Of a stretch of DNA of 50,735 nt, positions 8,071 to 18,238 are shown piece by piece (the first letter of the stretch is position 1; each line of letters begins with the position of its first letter). The translations under genes were made by a program, and so were the position numbers. The stretch is from NCBI GenBank assembly GCA_964447465.1, contig CAYUTR010000003.1:1-50735 (forward strand). The letters are read 5' to 3'. The DNA comes from an uncultured Chryseobacterium sp. Its GTDB lineage: Bacteria; Bacteroidota; Bacteroidia; Palsa-965. A model generated the notes under the pieces. That model did not search any database and was not told the DNA's origin. It saw only the letters and a list, made by a program, of their open reading frames with translations.

Positions 8071-9495
8071 TTATTGCTTTATAAATTTTCCAGAACACGG
8101 ATTCCTTCCTTCCTCAGTAACCTGATAGAAATACATACCCTCCGCAAATTGTGAGGCAGAGATCGACACCGAGGACTCATCCGTTTCTTCCCGCCACACT
8201 TCCTTCCCGAGTGCATCATATATAACAAGCTCACGCGATTTTTGCTCGCCCGAGAATTGAAACGTGATAATGTCACTTACAGGATTCGGATAAACAGAAA
8301 TTAAAGGATTGTTCAACGGGCCTTCAACTCCAAGATAGAATTGACCACACGTGTCGACCCAATTGCCGCCATCAAACTTGGCAATATGCAAAATAGAATC
8401 TTGTCCAATGCTCCAGAAATTGCCACCGAGAAATAGTGAGTCGCGGAATACCGCGAGCGCATACGGTCGAGTATCAAATGTACCGATTGTATCAAATACA
8501 CACCACTGCACGCCATCCCATTTCGCAACATCTTCTCCTGCCACTCCACCAGCGCATTGAAACGCTCCGCATATCCAGAGCTCATTATGAAACACGACCA
8601 TATCGTGTATCTGACCATTCACAAACGGATTAGGTGGATTGAATGTGCCACCGGCAGGATCAATCCATACAGTTCCATCCCACGCAGCAATGTTGTCGCT
8701 TGGATTGTTTGCATTCTCTGTTCTTGTAAACGCTCCCGACACATACAGTTTATTTTGAAAAATACACATCTGCTCGACACCAGCTAACCCTCCATAGAAG
8801 CCGCCGCCAACATCTGTCCACGCAGTACCATTCCATCTTACAATTTCCCGGATTCCACCTGGACCTTGAAAATTGCCGCAGACATACAATTCGTTGTTGT
8901 ATTCGATAACATCACAGAGAAGATTTCCTCCGTAACTCGGCAAGGCATGTACATCTGACCACGTGGTGTCATTCCATTTAGCAAGACCATTGACCGGAAT
9001 TCCATCTGCATTGGTGAAGGCGCCGACAACATACAGTTCGTCGTTAATTACGCGCATCCCCGAAACTGAATTACTAGTTCCCCCGAGTACTGAATCCCAC
9101 GTTGTGCCATTCCATCGCGCAATATGATTGCATTGCACACCACCTGCCATCGTGAACCCGCCGCCAACATATATGTCCCCATGATATTCAGTTATGCAAC
9201 TTACAGATGGCCCGGGACCAGCAAAGCCAGTCAAGCAATTCCATTCAATACCACAGCCAAGTGAAAAATAATTCGTGCCGTTCCACCCCATTACGCCGGG
9301 ACAAAAGATAGCAGAATCAGCTTCCTTGAAAACGCCAGCCATGTATAGAACATCACCTACGGTATCAACAAAAAAGTCCGTGATTGCACTTCCTTGTGTT
9401 ATGCCATCCTTCACGGGAATCCAATGCTGCGCACGTCCCTCAAAGGAACATGCGCAGCAAAGTGCGATCAGAAATATGATGATGTGCTTTCTCAA
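8071..9495 (-). CDS. Secreted beta-propeller repeat protein with T9SS type A sorting domain
   Basis: Signal peptide; repeats of LYVGGxF...IARWNGTTW; C-terminal VYPNP...GMYFY...GKFIKQ. Confidence 0.9.
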   Translation of the reverse strand: MRKHIIIFLIALCCACSFEGRAQHWIPVKDGITQGSAITDFFVDTVGDVLYMAGVFKEADSAIFCPGVMGWNGTNYFSLGCGIEWNCLTGFAGPGPSVSCITEYHGDIYVGGGFTMAGGVQCNHIARWNGTTWDSVLGGTSNSVSGMRVINDELYVVGAFTNADGIPVNGLAKWNDTTWSDVHALPSYGGNLLCDVIEYNNELYVCGNFQGPGGIREIVRWNGTAWTDVGGGFYGGLAGVEQMCIFQNKLYVSGAFTRTENANNPSDNIAAWDGTVWIDPAGGTFNPPNPFVNGQIHDMVVFHNELWICGAFQCAGGVAGEDVAKWDGVQWCVFDTIGTFDTRPYALAVFRDSLFLGGNFWSIGQDSILHIAKFDGGNWVDTCGQFYLGVEGPLNNPLISVYPNPVSDIITFQFSGEQKSRELVIYDALGKEVWREETDESSVSISASQFAEGMYFYQVTEEGRNPCSGKFIKQ

Positions 9496-12400
9496 TGTTG
9501 AATAACCACTTTCTGGCTATACATATTTTCGTGATCTATGTACTGAATCGAGTAGACGCCATTTGCCCATGTCGTCGTATTAAACGTGGTTCGGTTTTGA
9601 CCTGGATTAATCGTTTGAGTTGCCACGATCTGACCGAGCGCGTTATACACTAAGATACTGCTTTTCTCTGTGCCATCGCCGGGGAGAAGAACGGTGAATT
9701 CGTCAGCTGTGGGACTTGGGAATACGGTAAGTACACCGGGTTGTTCTTTGATTGAATCAGGAATCCCAACATTCAAACCTTGAAGGTCGAGTGAAGTAAG
9801 ATAAATATCCCACGGCGCATCGGTATTCCAGACGACAGGTGTATAGCACCAAGGATTCGCTGTGCTCGGACAAATGAATGGATAGTTATTCGATCCTGTA
9901 AACCCTGTGAAGTAAAGTCGCTGTTGCGCCGGAGACCATGAAATTTGCGATGCGACATCACTTGCACAATCAATGTACGGGAAGCCAGTCCAAGGACAGT
10001 CACCACCGCAGTATGTCGACCACGCTAACGATTTGTTTGCGCGGAAGCAGAACATATTGACGTCAGCTGAAGTCGGTTCTCCTCCTGCATACGCAGACTG
10101 CCAAAAGAATGGCGGTTGATTGACTGTTGGAAATGCAGAACCTGTATTATCTGTAATGCCCGTGAGGTATACGTTACCGCTGTCATCATGTACTGCATCG
10201 AGGAATTTCTTCTCATAGTTGATTTGAAATGCAAACGTCGCGGATTCATCTGAACCACCGCCATAGAATGTTGCCCATCGCAGCATGTTCGGCGGACCGA
10301 ATGCCATGATGTAATAATCGGCTTGACCATTGATAGTTTGATCGATATGTCCTCCAGACGGCCCCCAGATTGCATAGCCGCCCGATGTATCCTGTTGCGT
10401 TATGATTCCTGGATCAGTCGGAATGTTCGTTACTCCAGCGATCATTACTTGACCGCCGATGCTCGTCACCGTTTGTATAGAGCTCACGCGATTTACTGCA
10501 GTACACCATTGCATCGCTCCGCTGTTTGCGAAACGCGAGACAAATCCTTTTTGCGTATTCATCACCGCATATGCACCGATGTGATAATCTGAACCACTCC
10601 ACATGAGCGGGAAACTACCGTCTGTCGCACCAACAGCGAAGAATGCATTTTGCACTGTGTCGTATGTTGCGTCATACATTTCATCTAGTCCGCCGCCGCC
10701 GAGATACGTTGACCAACGCAGCGTATTGGTAGTATCAAATGCAGCGATGAAGCAGTCTTGCATTCCACCACCGAATGTATAATCGAAGTACGACGAAAGC
10801 ACGGAGTGACATAATGGGAAATAATGATTTGCTGGCGCAGTGCTGCCAGTTGTATCATTAAGAGAGGAACGTGTGTTGCCCGCCAAATACACGCGTCCAT
10901 TCGGTGCGCATCGAACAACTCTTCCTTCATCCTGATCTCGCCCACCGAAGAACGTGCTCCATGATATAGCTCCAAATGCTGTATCCATCCTCGCAATAAA
11001 TGCATCATAGGACACAGTATTGTAAACGTAGTTGGTGTCTTGCCAATAACTACCGTTGCTCGGGTTAGCAGAAGGGGCAATTGGGAATGTTCCTGCGCGA
11101 CTATTTGTTTGTCCGGCTATATAGAGGTGATTTGAGGATACGCCACCATTGAATGTGACACTACGTACCCAATCAAAACCAGATCCAGATGGTCCGCCTC
11201 CTCCGTAAAATAATACCCATTCTCTTCTGGCATCCGCGTTAAACTTCAATACAACACCTTCTGTCATTCCTCCATTCCAAGTTGTTGCTGTATTCCAGAG
11301 TGGAAATGATTGATCCCATGTATAGCCGCCAACGTATGCATTGCCAACGTTATCATTGCATACATCCATGCCATAGTCGTTATCATTGACTGTCCCATAG
11401 TGCGTCGACCACCACATGTTTCCATTAGCAGGACTTGATGGCGCGGTGTATGGTCCTTGATACATTCGGAATACGAGTGTGTAGCTTGAGTTGTACGAAC
11501 CAAGACTTGTGAATGAAACGGTGTTGCCACTTATACTATATGCTGGTGACCATGCAAGCGAGACATAGTTGCCGCTTGCATCTACTTGAAACACGTCAGC
11601 TTTTTGTATCGTCATTGAACCGCAGCCGGTAGTAAGTACAAGATCTCCTCCTCCATTGATGCTCATGCTTGTTTGTCCAGACCAATTCATTTCAATATTC
11701 GCTGGATTGCCTGTCGGTTTGACGGCGAAGTATGTAACCGGTCCAGTACCATTGTGTGTTTGCATCATGTCGATCTTGGTGTACAAGTCATATGTTGTAA
11801 GACGACGATACAAGGGAACACGTACGGCACCTTGTGGAGTGCCGCCGCCATAATAGTTGTGATGATCTGTGCGTGGATCATAAGCACGGATAACACGATC
11901 GGGGTTCGCGTTCTTCGGCGTCATGTCGATGCGCGCCATCGAATCGACGAGGTTCAAAGAATCACGACGATTCAGAAATACATACGAAGTTGTCTTGTTT
12001 GAGAAGTACGTACGCGGCCATGTTTCTGCGTTGTAATATTTGATCGTATCGTGTTTGTTACCATCTGTGCCGAGGAGCTGACCGCGATTCTTTACGAATG
12101 CCCATGCAGTTGAAAGTGCCATGCCATCGGGCATGTAGATTGCAATCTTCTGAATGTAGCGTACCGCTGTGTAGGAGAGCGCCCCTGGTACTCCTGTTTG
12201 TCCTACAACAATGAAACTGCCGTCTTGTGCAGCAGCTACGTCGAATGCGCGATCGTCTTTGTCACCGACACTATGCCAACTTGCAGACCATAATGTAGTG
12301 CCTGATGCGTCATACTTGATTGTGTAGTAATCATTGTTTACTCCGTTGTGCTTCCAACCTGTTACAACTGGAAGACCGCTGGCATCGAGCGCAATCGCTG

Positions 12401-13508
12401 TAGCTTCATCGTGTCCGTTGTTTGTTCCATTGACCGTTTGTACCCATTGCTGTGTTCCGCTTGAGTTATACTTGATGGTCGCATAATCAGTGCTTTGTCC
12501 GGAAAGAGTTGCATACCCAGTCACGTACACATTGCCCGAAGCATCGACTGCAATGCCCTTTGCTTCGTCGTTCAAACTTGCAGAGCCGTTATATGTCGCT
12601 GTCCATTGCGAAACAAGATTGCTATCGTACTTGACCGTATAGTAGTCGAGTCCAACACCAGTATTTGATTTGCTGCCCGTGATGTACACGTTTTTGTTTG
12701 CGTCAGTTGTCATGCCGTGAACCATCGCGAAACCAATTCCTGCACTGCTACTTACAGACATTAATGACGGCACTCCGGTCGTAGGGTGGAAAATTAGTGC
12801 AGCCATTTTATAGTCGGTCGAATTATTTTGTACTCCTGCGCCGACTGCAACTTTACTTCCTGAAAATACAATCTTGTAACCACCATCATTGAGGTTGTTG
12901 TAGTTATAGAATGACACCCATTGTTGCGTACCGCTTGAATTGTATTTCAGTCCGACAACGTCAAACTTATTAGTGCTGCCGCGATTGCTCGTGCCGGTGA
13001 CGTAGACGTTACCAGAAGCATCGGCCATTAGAGCTGTACCATAATCGGAACCCGTGCCACCGTGATATGTTGATGCCCATTGCTGCGTACCGCTAGAGTT
13101 GTACTTTACAGTGAGTACGTTGCTGCTGTCGCCGACTGTGTTTGTGACTGCACCTGTGATGTACACATTTCCGCCTCCATCAAGAAAGAGTGCTGATGCG
13201 AAATCATCTTGATTGCCACTGCCAGCGTATTGATTAATCCAGATCAATGCACCTGTAGAAGAGTACTTAGCAACAAGAGCGTCATAGTTGCCGGAGCTGT
13301 TCATTGTCGCTCCTGCAATAAACACATTACTACTGGCATCTGTTTTGGTAACCGATTTTTGGAAGAAGTACTGAGTCCCAGCGGAATTGTTCCAGTCTTC
13401 AAAAATTGTTGGTTGCGAAGTTTGTGCGTTGCTTGTTAGCGTAAAGCAGCACACGGAGATTCCGGCTATTCCTTTGAGAACGCGCGGGAGAAAGCGTTTT
13501 GATTTCAT
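9492..13508 (-). CDS. Large SBBP-repeat secreted protein with T9SS type A sorting domain
   Basis: Signal peptide; DASGNVYVTG repeats; FVKNRGQ segment; WSTYxGG repeats; C-terminal VFPSP...QKVVIQH. Confidence 0.9.
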   Translation of the reverse strand: MKSKRFLPRVLKGIAGISVCCFTLTSNAQTSQPTIFEDWNNSAGTQYFFQKSVTKTDASSNVFIAGATMNSSGNYDALVAKYSSTGALIWINQYAGSGNQDDFASALFLDGGGNVYITGAVTNTVGDSSNVLTVKYNSSGTQQWASTYHGGTGSDYGTALMADASGNVYVTGTSNRGSTNKFDVVGLKYNSSGTQQWVSFYNYNNLNDGGYKIVFSGSKVAVGAGVQNNSTDYKMAALIFHPTTGVPSLMSVSSSAGIGFAMVHGMTTDANKNVYITGSKSNTGVGLDYYTVKYDSNLVSQWTATYNGSASLNDEAKGIAVDASGNVYVTGYATLSGQSTDYATIKYNSSGTQQWVQTVNGTNNGHDEATAIALDASGLPVVTGWKHNGVNNDYYTIKYDASGTTLWSASWHSVGDKDDRAFDVAAAQDGSFIVVGQTGVPGALSYTAVRYIQKIAIYMPDGMALSTAWAFVKNRGQLLGTDGNKHDTIKYYNAETWPRTYFSNKTTSYVFLNRRDSLNLVDSMARIDMTPKNANPDRVIRAYDPRTDHHNYYGGGTPQGAVRVPLYRRLTTYDLYTKIDMMQTHNGTGPVTYFAVKPTGNPANIEMNWSGQTSMSINGGGDLVLTTGCGSMTIQKADVFQVDASGNYVSLAWSPAYSISGNTVSFTSLGSYNSSYTLVFRMYQGPYTAPSSPANGNMWWSTHYGTVNDNDYGMDVCNDNVGNAYVGGYTWDQSFPLWNTATTWNGGMTEGVVLKFNADARREWVLFYGGGGPSGSGFDWVRSVTFNGGVSSNHLYIAGQTNSRAGTFPIAPSANPSNGSYWQDTNYVYNTVSYDAFIARMDTAFGAISWSTFFGGRDQDEGRVVRCAPNGRVYLAGNTRSSLNDTTGSTAPANHYFPLCHSVLSSYFDYTFGGGMQDCFIAAFDTTNTLRWSTYLGGGGLDEMYDATYDTVQNAFFAVGATDGSFPLMWSGSDYHIGAYAVMNTQKGFVSRFANSGAMQWCTAVNRVSSIQTVTSIGGQVMIAGVTNIPTDPGIITQQDTSGGYAIWGPSGGHIDQTINGQADYYIMAFGPPNMLRWATFYGGGSDESATFAFQINYEKKFLDAVHDDSGNVYLTGITDNTGSAFPTVNQPPFFWQSAYAGGEPTSADVNMFCFRANKSLAWSTYCGGDCPWTGFPYIDCASDVASQISWSPAQQRLYFTGFTGSNNYPFICPSTANPWCYTPVVWNTDAPWDIYLTSLDLQGLNVGIPDSIKEQPGVLTVFPSPTADEFTVLLPGDGTEKSSILVYNALGQIVATQTINPGQNRTTFNTTTWANGVYSIQYIDHENMYSQKVVIQH

Positions 13509-13925
13509 TGTGTTGGGTTTAGGTGATATGTGTTTGATTTGGGCAATACAAATTCAGACACGCATTGAGCGTGATTTTTTCGATGACAAAATGATTCTCA
13601 CAATCCCACCTCGCTCGACAGAGTGCCCGAGCACATAGAGCCACACTCTATGATTGCTTACTAAAGGCGTGTCCGGGTGCCGCCGAGGGGAACAAAGCGA
13701 CACCCAAATGACACATTCTAACTTCTTGTAGAAGAACGTTACAGCAACGCTAATCTATTTAATATATTATTGACTGCACAACAAATATTCGTGATTATTT
13801 ATCAACTCCAAGGCGCTAAGTGTAGTGCTGTTTTGTTTCAAATCCTCAGATTCTTTCCGAATGCGGCAAATCACTTTGCCAGTGAGGTGTTTTTCTTTCT
13901 GAACTCAAATCCTGCGTTTGTCATG

Positions 13926-14795
13926 CTAGAGCGCGATTCGTAATCCAATCGACAAACCAACTGCACTATTCTTGTACTTCGATGTTTTGTTCGGATCGGA
14001 GCCAGTATAAAAGTGTTTCCAATAAAGCTCTGCATCGCTCGCATTGCTGTCAGTCCATTGTGACGTTTCATTTTTTACGTCACGCAAACCTTGATTAACA
14101 TTGAGCGAGATGGGTACTGATATCTTCTCTGATATGTTCAGTGAAAATCCGCCAGCGAGGGTAATGCCGAAGTCCGCCGAGCGAAACGGTTTCTCCAGGA
14201 AGGGATGCGTCGCCGATGATTCGTTTCCTTGTGAATCTTCGTTTGAAAACGCGAGCTCACCACCCGATGCGATTTTAGTCGCCTCCTCCCAATCACCATT
14301 TGAAAGATCATCCATGACTATAATTTCATGCTTATAACCGAGAAGGAATCCGAAGTAGATGCCACCCGAGGCGAAGAAAGATATTTTCTTATCTGTTCCT
14401 TTTTGTATAGAGACGAATGCAGGAATCTGGAGGTAATGCAGTTTCGCCGTGCTCGTGATAGTGAAGTCGTCGACCAGGTTGCCGATGGGTTGATGTCCTC
14501 TGTATGATGATTTCTGTCCGTAACCGGAGTAACAGAGACCCGTGCTGAAACTCATCTTGTCGTTGATCGGCATCGAAAGCAAAGTGCCGAGACGTAAGCC
14601 AAGCGTGAACTTGCGATCGGATTCTGCGTAGTCTGCATCATTTGCGCCTGAGGTTGGAACATAGAATACGCCACCGCGAGTGCTTTGCGGTTGGAAAAAG
14701 AAAGTGATCGATTTCTGTGCATGAGCTACCGAGACGAATACAGAAAGTAGTGCGCTAGTAATACAAAAAGCAACGTGTATTTTTTTCATAATCAC
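13926..14795 (-). CDS. Outer-membrane beta-barrel ('porin family') protein
   Basis: Signal peptide; LHYLQIP, GGIYFGFLLG, DFGITLAGG; terminal beta strand VGLSIGLRIAL. Confidence 0.75.
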   Translation of the reverse strand: MIMKKIHVAFCITSALLSVFVSVAHAQKSITFFFQPQSTRGGVFYVPTSGANDADYAESDRKFTLGLRLGTLLSMPINDKMSFSTGLCYSGYGQKSSYRGHQPIGNLVDDFTITSTAKLHYLQIPAFVSIQKGTDKKISFFASGGIYFGFLLGYKHEIIVMDDLSNGDWEEATKIASGGELAFSNEDSQGNESSATHPFLEKPFRSADFGITLAGGFSLNISEKISVPISLNVNQGLRDVKNETSQWTDSNASDAELYWKHFYTGSDPNKTSKYKNSAVGLSIGLRIAL

Positions 14796-14831
14796 TGGGT
14801 TTGGTTTGCAAGCTAATCAAAAAACGCAAAA

Positions 14832-14879
14832 TATAACATATACGTTATAGGTTTTTGCGTAGGCTCCCCGCACCTTGAT
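14832..14879 (+). promoter_or_regulatory. TAAC-N6-GTTA palindrome plus CCCCRCACCTTGAT box upstream of the XRE gene
   Basis: Both motifs recur with identical spacing upstream of the paralog at 39022-39068. Confidence 0.6.
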
Positions 14880-14899
14880 TCTCGGAAATCAGGCCATTT

Positions 14900-15121
14900 A
14901 TGCAGGAAAAGGAGTTCTTAAAACAGGTGGGGAAACGGATTGCAAAATACCGGAAGGATCGAGGAATGACCCAAGTTGAGCTAAGCGACCTGTGCAATAT
15001 GGAGCAGTCTGCTCTGGCACGGCTTGAATCTGGCAATTCCAATGTGACCGCGCTTACGCTACGGAAGGTGGGAAAGGTACTGGAAGTGCCGGTCAAGAAG
15101 TTTTTTGACTTTGATTCTTGA
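14900..15121 (+). CDS. XRE-family HTH transcriptional regulator
   Basis: RKDRGMTQVELS...LARLESG; paralog of 38780-39001. Confidence 0.9.
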   Translation: MQEKEFLKQVGKRIAKYRKDRGMTQVELSDLCNMEQSALARLESGNSNVTALTLRKVGKVLEVPVKKFFDFDS

Positions 15122-15438
15122 TAAATCCAGAATTATACGAACAGGCTAAATCGTTCATTTATTGAGATTTGCTCGTGAAATTGTTTAAGAATTGCGGTCT
15201 CGCATTTGTAGGATATCGTAACTCTCATTACCTTAACTGAACTTGATAAACCATTCATTTTGCCGCTAGAACTGGCGTGCGGCAGCTCGACATTACTACC
15301 CACGACCTAGCCCTTCGCTAGTGCCAATCGCTTGACTAACAGGCGGCTAGGCATTATAGTTGCTATTGTTATCGTTCTTTAAATTAATTACCCAGAAATT
15401 AGGACAGTTCGTAACTCTTACTAATTTCGCATGGGGAT

Positions 15439-15471
15439 AAAAAAATCCCAAACTGTTCAGAGTTTGGGATT
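15439..15471 (-). terminator. Intrinsic terminator
   Basis: AATCCCAAACT-GTTCAG-AGTTTGGGATT with an A tract on its left. Confidence 0.6.
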
Positions 15472-15506
15472 CAGGTTCTGCCTACTTAAGCACGCCTCGG
15501 AGTTTC

Positions 15507-15677
15507 TTAATCAATCGCAAGAGCGCGATTAAGATCCTCACAAGGTCCTCGAACCATGGAGCTAGTGTCTCCATTTTGTCCTCCTTTTTTTGAATGTGGG
15601 TCGACTATCAGCGGTCCCAGCGGTGGCAGGTCTTCGGACTTTCCGAAACAGGTACTCAAGAAGTTGGTAGCGATCAT
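15507..15677 (-). CDS. 56-aa hypothetical peptide (MIATNFLSTC...)
   Basis: Strong A-rich Bacteroidota start context (AAACAATTACAAAATCAAACAATG) and a downstream terminator. Confidence 0.45.
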   Translation of the reverse strand: MIATNFLSTCFGKSEDLPPLGPLIVDPHSKKGGQNGDTSSMVRGPCEDLNRALAID

Positions 15678-16667
15678 TGTTTGATTTTGTAATTGTTTTA
15701 ATTTCTGAGGTAAAATAAAAATGCTGGTGAGTTTTCGACTTAGTCGAAATCTCATGGCTTGGTCAGTGTTGCTTCCAGGGAGTCGAAATTCCGGAGAGCG
15801 CTGGCCTTTTTTTATATTATATCAGTGATGCATTCGATTTGGGTTGATGAATAATAGCTAAGAGTTGAACTAAAATCAAGAGTTACGCGGAAATTCACCT
15901 TGACCAGTCCGTACGCGAACGGAAACTTTTAGTGTGGGAAGTAACAGGAGGTATATTGCCTGTGTTTCTGGTTAGCCCCCTAATCAGCGAGGCAGCTGCA
16001 TTCGGCTTTGCCGGCCAGAATGTCTAATACGAAACTAGCGCAGATTCCGCAGACGCGAAAGAAATCTGGGTCGAAGTAATCAACAGCAAGCAAGTTTTTT
16101 AGTTAGAAAAAAGCGTTTGTAAAATATGGAAATAGAGCCTTTTACTTCCCTGATCACTTTTGTTTGCAAAAAATGACCCCAAACCGACACAAAGTATGTG
16201 CGGATTTTAAGAAAATCGAACATTCCTTCCGGATAAATTAATTTAGGGAAAATGTAAAGGGATGTGAATAACTAAATATCCAACTTCGCAAACTCCGAAC
16301 TCGCTGTAAAAAAGGAAGTCGTGCGCAATCGCAGATAATATCCTTGTCTTAGTCCGCTTTGACCGGAATCATAAACGGCTTCATACATTCAGGACACTGG
16401 ACCAATTTCTGTTTTACTTCTTCCGCTTTCTCTGTTGTCCAGGTTCCAGTATCGGTTTCGGTGATTTGTTTCCTTATGCAAAGGTATGCTGCGCGCCCTG
16501 AATGAAACAAGGCAGGATAAATCGCGCTGCAACAATTTTTCATTCTTGTCTTTTGAATTGATCTCATGAAAATTTCTTGCGCGCGTCCTCGTTTCATTCA
16601 GGGACGCTCCGCTCAAATGGTATGCACAAGGAAACAAATCACCCGATGTGAACCAAAGAGAGACAAC

Positions 16668-17153
16668 ATGAGAAAACCGAGAACTCCATTCGTGACAGAT
16701 ATTGAACTTTTGTATCGACCCACTACATTCCTGCGACGCGATTCGCAGATCGTGACGAGCGCCAATGCAGAACCTTTGTGCCGGTCACTAATCCCCGAAG
16801 GACAAATTGCATTACGAGAATACTTCGTTATGTTAATGCTCAACCGCGCAAATCGTGTGATTGGTCGCAGCATTATTTCCATTGGAGGCATGAATACAAC
16901 AGTTGTCGATCCGAAAATGGTTTTTTTAACGGCGCTTTCCGTAGGAGCGGGAGCAATAATAATTTCACATAATCACCCTTCAGGATCGGTAAAGCCCAGT
17001 CAAGCGGACATTCAACTCACCAAGAGAATTGCTGACGGCGCTCAGATTTTAGATATCTCATTGCTTGACCATATTATCTTGAGTGCTGATCCGGCTGGCG
17101 ATCCATTAACTTCTCGATCATATTTCTCATTCGCGGAAGAAGGGTTGCTTTAA
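16668..17153 (+). CDS. radC: RadC-like JAB/MPN domain protein
   Basis: REYF...SHNHPSGSVKPSQAD...LLDHII. Confidence 0.9.
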   Translation: MRKPRTPFVTDIELLYRPTTFLRRDSQIVTSANAEPLCRSLIPEGQIALREYFVMLMLNRANRVIGRSIISIGGMNTTVVDPKMVFLTALSVGAGAIIISHNHPSGSVKPSQADIQLTKRIADGAQILDISLLDHIILSADPAGDPLTSRSYFSFAEEGLL

Positions 17154-17269
17154 AGTTAAAGCGCAGTGTGTTGCGAACGATGTAGCGCCTATTCGTTAGT
17201 GGGGATGCCGAAAATCTTCAATTCATTAACGTTACGTGGTAATTAAATGCGGAGCCGGAAGACAAATAG

Positions 17270-17899
17270 TTATTTCATCGAGTCGTTCGTCCGTAGTGTT
17301 TCAGGCAGGTTACTGATATAGCCTGTTGCGCCTGGGTGAAGTGGACCCACAATCGACCACGCGCCTGAACGTGCAGGAGTGATAACCACCTCGCTAGTTG
17401 GTTTGATGGTATCGGTTGGTGTGACAGTTATTATACCGACGCCGCTGTCCTCAAAATGCATCTGCATCGGCAGTTGGTAGTAGGAACAATATACTGTGTT
17501 GATTACCTCGTTGCGGTCACGACCGAGTGCCACCCACATGTTGATTTCATCATTAATGATCTGACTTTCGGTTTTGTTAGGAGAGATGAGATAACCGTTG
17601 GTGCGCACATGCAGACCAATACCAGCTCCGAGCACGATTCCGACGAGCAGGAATGCAATAGGCCAGGGTGACACCCGATTACGCATGAGCTCCGCGATCA
17701 CCGCCACTCGCGACGGTTTTGTTTCGGTCGTATCTGTTTTGTCCATCTTGATGCCAGCAAGCACGGTTGCGAGCGTAACAAGCAAGGCCACAAGCGAGGT
17801 AATGACGGTGTTGATCACGGGAGATACGGCCATGCCTATCAGCCATCCAAATGTTAGACCAATGACCAGTACAGCGAATACGTTCGAGAGAGATTTCAT
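17270..17899 (-). CDS. Membrane protein with about 3 TM helices
   Basis: Three hydrophobic segments in the N-terminal half; start assigned to MKSLSNV. Confidence 0.6.
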   Translation of the reverse strand: MKSLSNVFAVLVIGLTFGWLIGMAVSPVINTVITSLVALLVTLATVLAGIKMDKTDTTETKPSRVAVIAELMRNRVSPWPIAFLLVGIVLGAGIGLHVRTNGYLISPNKTESQIINDEINMWVALGRDRNEVINTVYCSYYQLPMQMHFEDSGVGIITVTPTDTIKPTSEVVITPARSGAWSIVGPLHPGATGYISNLPETLRTNDSMK

Positions 17900-18016
17900 T
17901 GTGTAGCGATTAGCGGTTGGTATGCCAATAGTATGAATTTCCGACCAGACTGAAAGGGCACTCAAATAAACTAAGCTCTAGTCCATTTTCGGAAAGCTCA
18001 GGATCTCTCCTTTCGT

Positions 18017-18166
18017 CGAGATGTTCGCAACCTCAAAAGGAATGTCGCAAAGTACGGCCACACGCACAGTCACTACGTTCCACAAGATTGCATTTACCAA
18101 TGGTAAACCACTTTGGTAAATGCAATCTTGGTTAAGGGGCGACCCTTAACAATCCCGAACATCTCG
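18017..18166. other. Structured element; candidate origin of transfer (oriT)
   Basis: Perfect 18-bp inverted repeat (18083-18100/18113-18130) ending in ATCTTG, an 8-bp GCGA hairpin, and an enclosing 11-bp inverted repeat. Confidence 0.5.
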
Positions 18167-18238
18167 CAAGCGCAAAGGACAAGCGCAGCAAGTCCAATGC
18201 TATGCGATCTGATTTAAAATGCTTCGAAGTCACCGCGT

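Noticed and set aside
16349-16637. Two overlapping minus-strand ORFs, one with CPEC
   Set aside because: No recognisable family and uncertain starts; possibly a decayed gene, but not supportable.
18017-18166. Retron msr/msd as the main interpretation
   Set aside because: No reverse transcriptase ORF is present in the window; an oriT fits the island's relaxase better.
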